Below are positions 31,379 through 43,780 of a stretch of DNA of 64,000 nucleotides, one piece after another. The translations under genes and the position numbers were made by a program. The first letter of the stretch is position 1. Each line of letters opens with the position of its first letter. Origin of the DNA: the human T2T-CHM13v2.0 reference genome, Homo sapiens. A model generated the notes under the pieces. It was not told the DNA's origin and did no database searches. It worked only from the letters and a program-made list of their open reading frames with translations. Where the stretch lies: NCBI RefSeq assembly GCF_009914755.1, contig NC_060947.1. One strand, 5' to 3'.

Positions 31379-31645
31379 TCACCAGAATAACAGAGGTTGA
31401 AGATACATCTGAATAAGTGCCAACTCTTGCTGCAGCTGTTTCAAAAAAATAAATTTAAGTAATTGCGATACACATTTCTACAAATAAAATATTCCAGTGC
31501 TTACATCAATCCTGAGTTTTTAAGATAAAATATGCACTACTTACAATTACCACAATATTATTTTGGAACATGGCAATTTATTTTTTAAGTTGACTCTCTT
31601 CACCAAAAAGAGGGCTTTCATTATACTCTTCCAAGTCCTCACACT
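31379..31645 (-). pseudogene. Decayed SYCP3-like final two exons (31545-31645 and 31379-31435) with 109-bp intron
   Basis: translations SV-EDLEEYNESPLFGEESQLKK*IAMFQNNIVVI and LQQELALIQMYLQPLLFW* are colinear with the recalled SYCP3 C-terminus; GTAAGT and CAG splice sites retained. Confidence 0.85.
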
Positions 31646-33857
31646 CTAAAACAAAAAGTCTAGTTCACTGACAAACCATCACTTTACAACTCACATTTTA
31701 AAGAGAGTAAATTAAATGTCAAAAGGAAACAGCTTTTAATATTCAAAGGATGCTGGTCATTTATTTCAAATTTAAAAACTGTAATCAGTACATGGAGCTC
31801 CAAATACTTAAAATTTTTAATGCCAGATTTTAGTGAAATATTATTATAGCAGGTCCAACAGTCATGTACTTTGCTTGAAGAAAATGGTTTGATGAATATG
31901 TTATGGTCAAGATGGAGCAAAAACAGAAAAAGACTGGTAGTCTTAGATCATGAAATACCATATTTTTTCACCAGATAGTGACCCATTTGTTATCACTAAT
32001 AGTCGACATAACATGGTTTCCACTGAAGGGATAAAATGGTCTGTGACATGACCTCATCAAGTTAGAGAAAACATAACTATGTTTGAAATATATACTATTC
32101 TCTCAACAAATAGTTCAACAGTTCCTACTCCCTAAAAAGTGGTATGTTAATGCTGAGGAAGATGTAAAAAATGAATACACAATCTCTTCCATATTCCTGT
32201 GACATGAGCAAATATGCACGAATAAAAAAAATAATACAAAACTTATGTAACTGCTGTGGAAGAGCAACTCACTCGGACATGTAGCCAAAAATGGAGACTG
32301 ATGTCCACTTAGTTGGCAAAAGATTTCAATCGATCAAAAAAAAAAAAGGACTTTAAAAGCATTGTGAGGGAAGAGCATGAGCAAAGCATGAGAGTAATGG
32401 AGAGGTCGTTCAGAGAAGGCTGTCAACCTGGAGAGGCGGGAAGAAAGACAGAAGGCAGTAAAACAAGCCTAAGAGGGGGTCATGTAAAGGGGAGAGTCTC
32501 TGAATATCTAAGAACTGACATGTGGATACCACTGATAGGCTGGGAAGAGTGAAGGGCTAGAAGCATTTTAGGAAGGGAAGAGTTTTAGGAAGATAGTATT
32601 TCTGATCAATGAAGGGTGGCTCAGAAGAGAAGAGAGAACTCAGAAAAGAGTTTAATAGTACAAGCAAGGAAGAATGAGTTCTTGAACTAGGGTTGCCTCA
32701 GTGGCAATTTAAAAAAAAGAAATTTAAGGACCATTGCAGAGTAAAACTTGCCTCATGAAAACTGTATGTGAAAGATAATGGACTCAGAAGAGTCCAAGAT
32801 GATACCGAAGTTCCTACCCTAAGTGGTAACATGTAGCATTAACATTGACAGGAAAACTTTTCTAGTCTCATGTTCATACCAATTAATAAATGGTTTCTGG
32901 GGAACATTATAGCAACATGTTCTCTACTTGTGACTTCTATATAAATAACCGTTTTGTGTATAGATAATCTTTGAGTTGCTTGAAAATTCTATTTTCAAAC
33001 TCTTTTCCCAGTTTATTTAACACATCTCAGTTAGTGTAGAGGAGTGACATATGAACATGTCTTTCCACAAGGTTATTAAAAAGAATATCTTACCTCCCAG
33101 AAGGGAATTCCATTGCTTCCTAAATAATATACATCTACATGAAGAAGCGGTCATTGTCCGATGACAATTTGCTAATGTGCTGTACGACAGCAGATAATTC
33201 ACAATTCACAACATGTTAATAATCTGCTGGCTTTCCCATTCTGTTATACATCTGAACCATCTCTTATGATTACAAATTGTCATGTAAAACCATTACTAGT
33301 CACTAATAATTTTGAAAGTGAATATGCCATAAAACACTCCTACATTACAGCAGAAAACAAAAGAGATACTCAGTAGTTACATTTGCCTACTTCCTATTTA
33401 ACTAAAACTCTTGAAACAACACAAGTAAAAAAGACATCCAGAAAGGACTTATGGACTTTCTGCCTTCCACTAAAGATTTGTCGCTGATCTCCTAAAAACT
33501 GAAAATAAAGTCTTCATTAATGTGTTCATAAGGTATCAATTTTTATACACAAGATGTATATTTCTAGGTAAAATTTCCAATTTACCTTTTCCTGTTCTAA
33601 ATAACTCCTACAAAACTATTCATGAATCCTAAAAATACTGTTTTATGTTATTTTATGTTATTTACTACTTATGTTAAATCTGGAACAACACATTCAAAGT
33701 GAAAATGGTAAGTAATTTAAAATGTATAACCAAAATGTCTTTCCATACATTCAGAAACAAGCAGATTGTCTTCTATTTTTATGCATGTGTTGTATTTTAT
33801 AAGAACGTATTGTGTTACCAAATAGAACAGACCTTTGTGAATTGCTCGTGTGGTGGC

Positions 33858-33920
33858 TCAATCTCTTTCAGTTCCTTTCCCATCTTGTTGCCACCTCTTT
33901 TGTTGCTCTTGAAATATTTT
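33858..33920 (-). CDS. FAM9C: FAM9C last coding exon (KIFQEQQKRWQQDGKGTERD*); exon continues as UTR to donor at 33833
   Basis: acceptor gcctctag|AAA, stop TGA at 33860-33858, donor AAG|GTCTGT after 33833. Confidence 0.92.
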   Translation of the reverse strand, partial: KIFQEQQKRWQQDGKGTERD

Positions 33921-35173
33921 CTAGAGGCACAAAACAAAAAAGTGATTAAAATTGGGTAAATTTTAATACTTATAAAACATTCTGCATTAAAGAAATACTC
34001 TTTAAATCAATACTTCTGAACACTTTCTTTTAGACAACGTTTATGACCAATTTGAAACAATTGTGTTCACCACTCATGTGCTAAAACAATAACCTTTTTC
34101 ATCAGTCATGGAGTAAAGAATTTTCTTTCTTATACATATTCAACACATACGTCTTAATTCTTGATTTCAAATGAAGAGTATTTGATGACCCTTCCTATAA
34201 TTTGTTGACCACAGATAGGTAAGATCTATACAGAAATTAACTAAGAAACATTCTTTCTTACTAAGATTTTAAACACCTGTTAAATCTTGGTCATTTCAAT
34301 ATGTACATAGATAAACCTTCCATTAATGATTGCCTTTCTGCACCTTGACCTAATCTCCAACAATAGTGTTCTCCTCTCCTCTACGTGGCACTCACAGTCA
34401 TCCCCTAAATTTTGTCATTCCCAGTGACTGCAGTATCTACATAATATTAATAATAGCAATGATAAACAGCAACCATGGGTCAGATCGCATCCTGAAAAAT
34501 TTAAATAAACCTGTTACACAGGAACCCTTTAATCCTCCAAACAACTCTGAAATAGGTACCCTCACCATGTCTCCTTTCGTATATAAAGTAACTTTAGCAC
34601 AGAGATAAATAATATGCCCATGGTTCCTGAACTAGCAATGGTCAAACTGGAATTGGATCCCAAGCAGTGGGGCTCCAGAGTCGCAGCCCTTGACCACTGC
34701 ACTCATCTGTTTCTCCATCTTCCCAACATACAGCCACTACCTTCCTGCCACTGTAGGTCACTCACTTCAGTACTACAGCTCAGGAGTCTGTAGGGACCTG
34801 ACGCCTATTGAATGGAGCACTTTTCACTGCCCAATGCCCCACCCCCATGTGCTCAGGTAACTCAGCCCCAGCTGAAATTCCACAGCCAGTCATCATAACC
34901 CCATCCCTGCCTCTATGCCCTGTCCAACTCTCCCTCTATCAACATGCTCGGCTACACCCCAACCCAGGAAATTCCAACCCTACAGCTGCTCTTGCACAAA
35001 TATGCCAACTGAGTTCACTTTAACTTCTTCATCGCTATGATGCTGACTTCAGTTGGACCCCTAATGCTGCATGGCAATTATATTCCCCTAGTCCATGAGT
35101 CCACTAATGGGCGACCCTCTCTGGGCTCATGCTCTCTTCCTTCTTTGCTGGATTTCTGCATGAACTATTACTA

Positions 35174-35365
<192 letters not shown>

Positions 35366-36174
35366 TCATAGAGGGATGAAAAATTAATCCTATTCAAACC
35401 AAAACTGACTTGACATAGTTTGTACTATAAAGTAGCAAGGGAGTAATAGCAGCTGAAATCTTCTTTTTGGGAAAAGGTGAAATGAGTTACTGTCATTCTG
35501 AAAGGATCCCTTCCTAACTGACTACTAGAGCAGCTATCTTACATTCTTTACCTGCTGAAGACAAAGGAGGGTTTACTGCACTATAAATTTCCCAGAAACA
35601 ATCTTTTTCTCCAAGAGCAGTTTACTTTTCATTTCTTCTTACTAAATAACATATGCGTTCTCATAAGGAGGTGCAAGAATATCATAGCCATTCATCCCGT
35701 AAGATTTCCCGAAAGAAATACTTCACTTAACTATTTCTCCACTTTGGCACGACAATGATCTAAAAGGAATAGTGAAAACAATTTAACTAAAATAAATAAC
35801 TTATTTACAACACAAGGTTATCCCTTTCTACATAATTGAATATTGTTAAGAATCTACAGACTAAACGTTGAAGACATTTATCTTATATTCACCTACCGTA
35901 TTTCTAGAAATGGATAAACATTAATTTTACAGGAAGACTTTTTATCTGGAAGGCAAAAAGAGGTCATCTTCATTGGCTTCTAGGTAATATCTCTCAATTC
36001 TGTTAAATTGAGGTTATAAAACTAAAGAAACTTACCTGTTTAGGGAACAATCAAGTAAAATATGTTGTTCCCTAGAGACACCAATATGTACAGGATAGTT
36101 CTGGAAATTATTTGCACCAATGAATACAAAGAAATGATATAAATATCATTATTCAAAAAAGCCAACAATCATAC

Positions 36175-36289
36175 CTTTTTAGTTGTGTTGTTCTCAAAAC
36201 ATTTTTAATTCTGTTCTTTATTTCGCTGCAAGCTTTTGCAATCTTTTCAATCCTTTTTCTCTTTGCAGCAAGATGCTCTTTAATGTCAG
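36175..36289 (-). CDS. FAM9C: FAM9C coding exon 4 ([39 protein letters not shown]), SYCP3/Cor1-like helical region
   Basis: acceptor tatctag|CT, donor AG|GTATGA; 115 nt; AKRKR motif shared with SYCP3 (LLAKRKRLE). Confidence 0.93.
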
Positions 36290-36508
36290 CTAGATAGTAA
36301 ATGAATATGCATTAAATGTTCATGTTGAAAAGTAGTTTCTTTGCATATATTAAAATCAATATGGGACTTGATGGTTCAGCAATATCAGAAGGACATTTAA
36401 AATGTAAAATGCAAAGATCATTTCAAAAAGCAAGATTTACTTACTTTATGTAAAACCTTTCAGGTATTAGTATTCCAATTTCAGTTGGTATAACAGCAAA
36501 TCACTTAA

Positions 36509-36888
<380 letters not shown>

Positions 36889-37784
36889 CACAGACTTTAA
36901 TTTCTACATTTATAAAATGTCCTACAATTCAAAGGACATGTTTCCGTGAAATACTGTCACAACTCATTATGTAAAGCACAAAAAAGTATCTGATTTAATA
37001 AGACCATCAAAAGGGTAGAAATAACTTAATACACAATAAAGAAAGTATTTTTAATCAATAGTTGATGCTATTAACTATATTTTAATAAAAGAAGCAATGT
37101 CCATGGGTGTAAACATTTAGGTTTAAATAGATAAATACATTCAAAACACATTTGAAATATTTTCTGAGAGCTTTTTATATGACATTTTTATCCACAGTGC
37201 AGTGTTTCAGAAAACTGTAATACTGCAAGGAATGCTTTCCTAAACATGGTTTCACATGAGAGATCTACCATCAATTGCTGAGAATAGTTTTGAGCAATCA
37301 TAAAAGAGCTGCACCATAATACAAATTTTTTTACATACAGTATCCATCTATAATGCTCATTGTATTAGACAAAACCGGCACTTTGTCACCACCAAGCAGA
37401 GCAAAGCTTTCCAAATATACTGCTTATATGAATTATCGCTATAGAAGAGCTGAAAACTAAAGTAAGCTTTTTAAAAATAAGAGTATTGTCTTCATAATCT
37501 CTACAGAAATTTTCTCAAACTTTTTTGAAAATATGGTCCCATAACAGTGCAACTAATATTTCACATGGCAATATAAAGTTTATGAGTTTTTGGATCCAAT
37601 TGTATGCTTCTCACTGGGTAGAAAAGTTGTCTTTCCTTTTCTACTACACAGCTTGTTACTGGAATAATAATAGAAAATCATCATTTTAGAGAATTCAATT
37701 TTCTCTGGTACTTTAAAGAAAACAAAATTAGAAAGTTGTGACAATAGCTAAATTAGGAAGATGAAAAACTCATATTAAAAACTG

Positions 37785-38000
37785 AGTACATACGGACAGG
37801 AAGAGGTGAACAACACACACCTGGGCCTACTTGAGGTTGGAGGGTAGGAGGAAGGTGAGGATGGAAAACCACCCATCAGGTACGATGCTTATAATCTGGG
37901 TGACAAAATAATCTGTATACCAAACCCCTGTGACACGCAATTTATCTATATAACGAACCTGCACATGTACCCCCAAACATAAAGTAAAAGCTAAAAAAAA
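37785..38000 (+). mobile_element. L1PA-type 3' end in FAM9C intron
   Basis: ctgggtgacaaaataatctgtataccaaacccctgtgacacgcaattta...cctgcacatgtaccc. Confidence 0.8.
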
Positions 38001-38334
38001 ACCTGATATATGACTTAATGTGTGTACACTGAAAGGAACGAATAGAGCTGTTTCTCCTCCAATGTCCTCTAATATCCCCCAAACAATTAAATTTCCACGT
38101 GTATGAAAGAAAAGCCACCCCTCTTGCTTCACCATTATTAGAAGCATTCTCACATTCCACATCAACAATTAAAAAAGTAAGTAAGAAAAATTATTAAACA
38201 GATTACATTAAATGCTATATATGAGAAGAAGGCATTTAAGACAGTCTTGTCATCCACTAATTCATATAACCTACTGTAAGGGTTGTATGGTTGAAAACAA
38301 TTTTCATAAACCACAAATAGCTCGTAAAACATAC

Positions 38335-38366
38335 CTGCAATATCTTCTAGCTCCTTGGTATCAACC
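38335..38366 (-). CDS. FAM9C: FAM9C coding micro-exon 3 (VDTKELEDIA)
   Basis: acceptor tttttgttacag|, donor GCAG|GTATGT; 32 nt, phase 2 to phase 1. Confidence 0.92.
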
Positions 38367-38543
38367 CTGTAACAAAAAGTTGCAACACAATTTTAACATA
38401 ATGCTACACAAAAGGCCTTGTTTGTTGGGAAGAAATGTCTTGTGTGAAATGTTCTGCATAGAACATAACAGTGATGACATGATCCAAAGCTGACTTTTCC
38501 TAAAAGACCTTATCTGACAGGCAAAAGGGACTTAAACACTTTA

Positions 38544-38789
<246 letters not shown>

Positions 38790-39145
38790 CTATACATGGA
38801 ATCGCCGGCTCCTAACCATTTTACGGAGGCATTTTTGGAAGCCCTTCGGGTTCAAGTCCCAGTAAACAACGTTCACAGGTCAGATCCCTTGGATGTCAGG
38901 ACCGCATCCATGGAGAAGAGCTGCTCTGAGAGCATCTGTAACCCTGCTATGAGGGGGAGCCTCCCACGGGAAGCCTAAGGCCCTTGAGCCTGCTTTGAAA
39001 ACCTGGGGCATCTCAGCACATGCACGGTGAGCTCCAAAGCCACGAAGGGGCCGGGGGCCTCGGGCTGCCCATGTGCGCCCCGCCCAGAAAGCAGACAGAC
39101 TGTTGGGCGTGCACCTTCTTCTAGGTCCCCTTGGGCTGTGTTTAC

Positions 39146-39206
39146 CTGCAAGCTCCATTTCCTGGGCGGCCATAACTTGAACCTCCAACTGGTCCTTGGC
39201 AGCCAT
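39146..39206 (-). CDS. FAM9C: FAM9C coding exon 1 (MAAKDQLEVQVMAAQEMELA+G); full exon 39146-39274 includes 5' UTR
   Basis: ATG at 39206-39204; acceptor ...ctcaccag| before 39274; donor GCAG|GTAAAC; 61 nt, phase 1; matches recalled FAM9C N-terminus. Confidence 0.93.
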
Positions 39207-39956
39207 CCTGCTGCCCTTCCTGCCCACGGGCTCCGTGGCTGACTGGCCTGGGAAGCTAGAGGCGACCTCTGAACCTGGTGAGTGCAAAGACACACTAAGG
39301 ACACTAAGGAAACGAGGCGTGTTAAATGAAAATCATCAGGATCGCAGGTTCAAGGGCGCCCCGGGTCTCCCGTGGGAGCAGGAGGGGACGCGGAGAAGAT
39401 GCCATCATCCCCTCCTGTCCTGGCCCGTCCAGCGCTTCCCCGGGGCTGGCTGCAGAGCTCGCAGAATTCCGCGGCCTCTGCGGGATTCTTGCAGTGCCCT
39501 TGGGACAGAGCCTGGCCCTGCCCCTGGGTTCCCCAGCGACCCAGTGGAGTCGGGAGGGCCGCGGGGTGACACAGGATCTCCCCAGCCATCTCCATGGGAA
39601 TGAGCCGGTACGCACCTGTTTCTGACAGGGGCAGGGACTGCCCATTCGCCAGCCTGGACGCCCAGGGGACCCCTGGTGACCCCAAGTATCCCGTCCTGAT
39701 GGGCAGCCAGACAAGACGGACCCACGTTGACCCCCCGACCCCCCCCCAAACGCTGCACACATGCACAGGCCTCCGGGACCCTCCTGGGTCCTGGGGACCA
39801 CTCAGGCAGCTCCAACTCCCTGCCCTGACCCAGGCCCCAGGCGACAATGCCTGGGCCATTTCCTCACAGATCAGCCTGGCTGCCCCGCCCTTCACACCCT
39901 CTTCCCCAAAGGGCCTCTGGCCCGCCTTCCCCGCATCCCCACCGAGGGCGTCTCAC

Positions 39957-40060
39957 CTGAGGGAGCCCTGATGTTGCTCCCTCAGAGGACCTGCAGAGGC
40001 TGGCACCGCGAAGCTCCTCCGAGGGCCTGGGTCCTCTGTTCTCACGAGAGCAGCAGCCGC
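39957..40060 (-). other. FAM9C: Putative non-coding first exon of FAM9C (5' end approximate)
   Basis: strong donor TCAG|GTGAGA at 39957/39956 just downstream of CCAAT and NRF1-like motifs in the CpG-rich region; a weaker alternative donor CAG|GTGCGT lies at 39616. Confidence 0.55.
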
Positions 40061-40629
40061 CCCGGCTGCCCGCGCTCCTCGCTGATTGGTCGGCCCAGTG
40101 CGCATGCAGGTGGCGGGCGGCATGGGGCCACGCCCCCTGCAGGCACACCCTCCCCCTCACGGACTGTCCATGGCTGCTGTGGACTCATTGGGTGGCTCTC
40201 TGAGGCCTCTGTCCCCACGATATTCCAGCTCCTCATCCTGGTGAAGGAAGCAAGGACTCGGGAGTGGTGAGTGCCAGGGGACCCTGCCCTAAGGAATGGA
40301 GGCCAAGTGAACGGGGCCTAGGACCTTGCCCCCAGGCTCGTTCCAGCCACTCCTGCCCCTTTGGGTGGAATGGCCATCACCCTGCGGGTGGAGCCCAGGC
40401 TCCCTCCCATGTCCTGTGTGCTTCCAACACGCCCAGCTGCATCCTTTTTATCAATGGATTGTGCTTTTATGTTTTATCTAAGAAAATTGTTGACTCCCAG
40501 CAGGGGCAGGTAGTTTTCTCCTATCCTACTCCATTCCCTCACACTGGGCATTGCATGATTCTGCAGTGGATATACAAAGTTAAAGACTTTATGTCTAGAT
40601 TTCTCATGATGTGGTCATTTCTTTTCTTT

Positions 40630-41266
<637 letters not shown>

Positions 41267-43559
41267 CGATTATTTCCACAGCTGGGTTGGAAGCCATCTT
41301 TCCCTGACAAGGCAGCTCACCTTTATATCTAAGAGTTCTCTATAACCTAAAGAGAATCCCTAATTACTGACACTAAATACCACCAGCTGTCTCCATTTCC
41401 CCACAATCTACTTGGTACCCAAATTAGCCAATGAGACATCTTGGGGAATTTTAAGCCATGATTGCTTCAGGTTTCTCTCTCTTTCGAGCTTAAGATGTGT
41501 AACATTAAGAAAGAAGACAAATCTTGCAGAGGGCTTTGTGCAACCAGTCTTACAGCTTTCTATCCCATCTGGATCAATGTAATTTTCATATGCTTCATCA
41601 AAGATTTCAGCTGAAAGTACTATACCAGGTTCTGTCTATAATTGGAAACACATACACACATACACCAACTACTGGTATTCAGCTAAGAATTCAATGCTGG
41701 CTCATTTTTCTTTAAAAGAATGTCAAATCAAGGAACAATTCTCCATCACAAAGTGGAATTTGATGTCAGGTGAAGACAAATGGGGATTACAGAGCTACTT
41801 CTTTGGCATAACAGCCTAGAAACAAACTGAAAAGGATTCTGCAATTTTAAATAGGCACAAAGACATTCTTTTCAGAACACCAAGTGTCCAAGTTACAAAA
41901 CCCTGAAGAAATTCTTTTAAACTTTGGATGGAGCAATTTATCTCTTTTTCCCAACTGGAGTATTTGTGAGATGTCTCCCAGAAAGAAACAACTCAATACA
42001 CAAATCATTAAGCCTTTGTAAAGGGAGGAAGTCTATTTGAAGCAACTCTGGGTTGCGGAAACAGGTTTTGTGAACTAACCAAAGCCTTTAGGGCAAACAT
42101 GGTCACTTCAATTTTTTTTTTTTCCCACTAGAGGTTATCTACAAAGACCACAGGAAATGTTTAAGCAAATTTAAAGGAGATTTCTCAAGAGTTATTAGAA
42201 TAAGTACTTTAATTTAGAGAATTGGTTTCTAATAACTGGAGGTGTAACCCCCTCCTACCCCCAACACCCTACTCCACCCTATGTGAATTGACTGACAAGT
42301 AAGGATAATGCTTCATAACAAATGTAGAAATAACACCAATTTTCAAAGCAGCCCTCACTCTTCTATTGCTGTCATTAAGAACTAACTGAAAGAAATGCAC
42401 TGCTTGGATTCATAGACAGACAGAGGGACAAACAGATGGCTAGATATGTGATAAGCAACAACAGTATGGCCAGATGTCAATGATAGAATCTAGGTGATGG
42501 GAACATGAATGTTTTCCATGAAATTCTTTCAACTTTTCTGTGTATTTGAAATTTCTAATAATAAAATGTTGGAAAACAACATGTATGCTGTGCATACATG
42601 TAGAGACATAGGCTCAGACCCTCTCATCAAATGGCAACAACAATTGTTCATTTTGAAAACATCTAGAAATCTAAGATGTGATCACTGGGTTAAAGACTGT
42701 ATACATCCATACTCTGTAGCCTGAATTAGTGATTTACGCTCTAATAGCCAATCAAATTGCTCATTTATCAGACAGGGCTGGTAGCACAGGAGATGGAAGT
42801 TTCTCTGCTGATAATCCTCCAGACGTTTGAGGGCTTCATGTTCATTCACATTTCAGCCTTTTCTCCAATTCTTAGACTCTTAGCAAAAGTTTATACTCGA
42901 ATGAAGCAGCAAATTCTAGGCTCCAGCTGTTTAAGAATGAATGAAAACATTCATGTCTTTCAGAAAGGCTTATCTGATGTACTCTGCACAAATACCCTCA
43001 CCTATGATCTTCTCTGTGCAAACTCTATCAGGGCCCTTCTCAGTGGGCTTTTCAAGACTCTCTCCAATTAGATTATAATTCCTTCAAGGGCAGGTCTTTG
43101 TCAACTTTGCTTCTCCAGCACTCAGCGCCATGGCTGGCACATGGTGGGCCGTCAGCAAATGCTGTGTTTGCTATACGTGAATTAATGCTGTGCATACATG
43201 TAGAGACATAGGCTCAGACCCTCTCATCAAATGGCAAAGTCTACCACCCAGTCCTGAGAATTACATCTCAGCTTAGAGCAGAGGGGCCCCACCCTGGCGT
43301 CTCCTGGAATCACTCAGGAAATTTCAAAACACACTGCTGCCTCCATCCTACCCACTAAGTTTCTGATTAACTGTGTTGGAGTTTGGCCTGGGCCTCAGGA
43401 CGGTGAAATCTCCCCAGATGATAGAAAAGTGCAGGCAGCACTGAGAATTCCAGGGTTTGGACTTTACAAGCCACCAGGTAATTTCATTTTCACTCACCTT
43501 CTTTCCTTTGATTCTCAGGACAAGCTACCAGGTCTCCAGGACTGAAGGTTATCATCTAA

Positions 43560-43780
43560 GTTGGTGTTCTCAACTGGAGGCGATTTACCCCCCACCCAGG
43601 AGACAGTTGGCAATGTCTGGAGGTATTTTTGGTTTTTATAGCTGGGGATGGGGGTGCTACTGGAATCTTGTGGGTAGAAGCCAGGGATGCTGCTAAACAT
43701 CCTACAATGCACAGGACAGCCCCACCACAAAGAATTATCTGGCTCCCAATGCCAACAGTGTTGAGATTGACACACCGTGG
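43560..43780 (+). mobile_element. MER20 DNA transposon
   Basis: gttctcaac...ggcaatgtctgga...gaagccagggatgctgctaaacatcctacaatgcacaggacagccc. Confidence 0.85.

Larger units (their letters stand above)
31030..31645 (-). other. FAM9C: Putative terminal 3' UTR exon of FAM9C
   Basis: acceptor tttttgttttag| before 31645; AATAAA on minus strand at 31055-31050. Confidence 0.7.
39000..40330 (-). promoter_or_regulatory. CpG-rich promoter / 5' region of FAM9C
   Basis: sharp GC and CpG rise against AT-rich flanks; CCAAT at 40082-40090 (minus), TGCGCATGCA at 40099-40108, GC boxes at 40111-40135. Confidence 0.8.
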
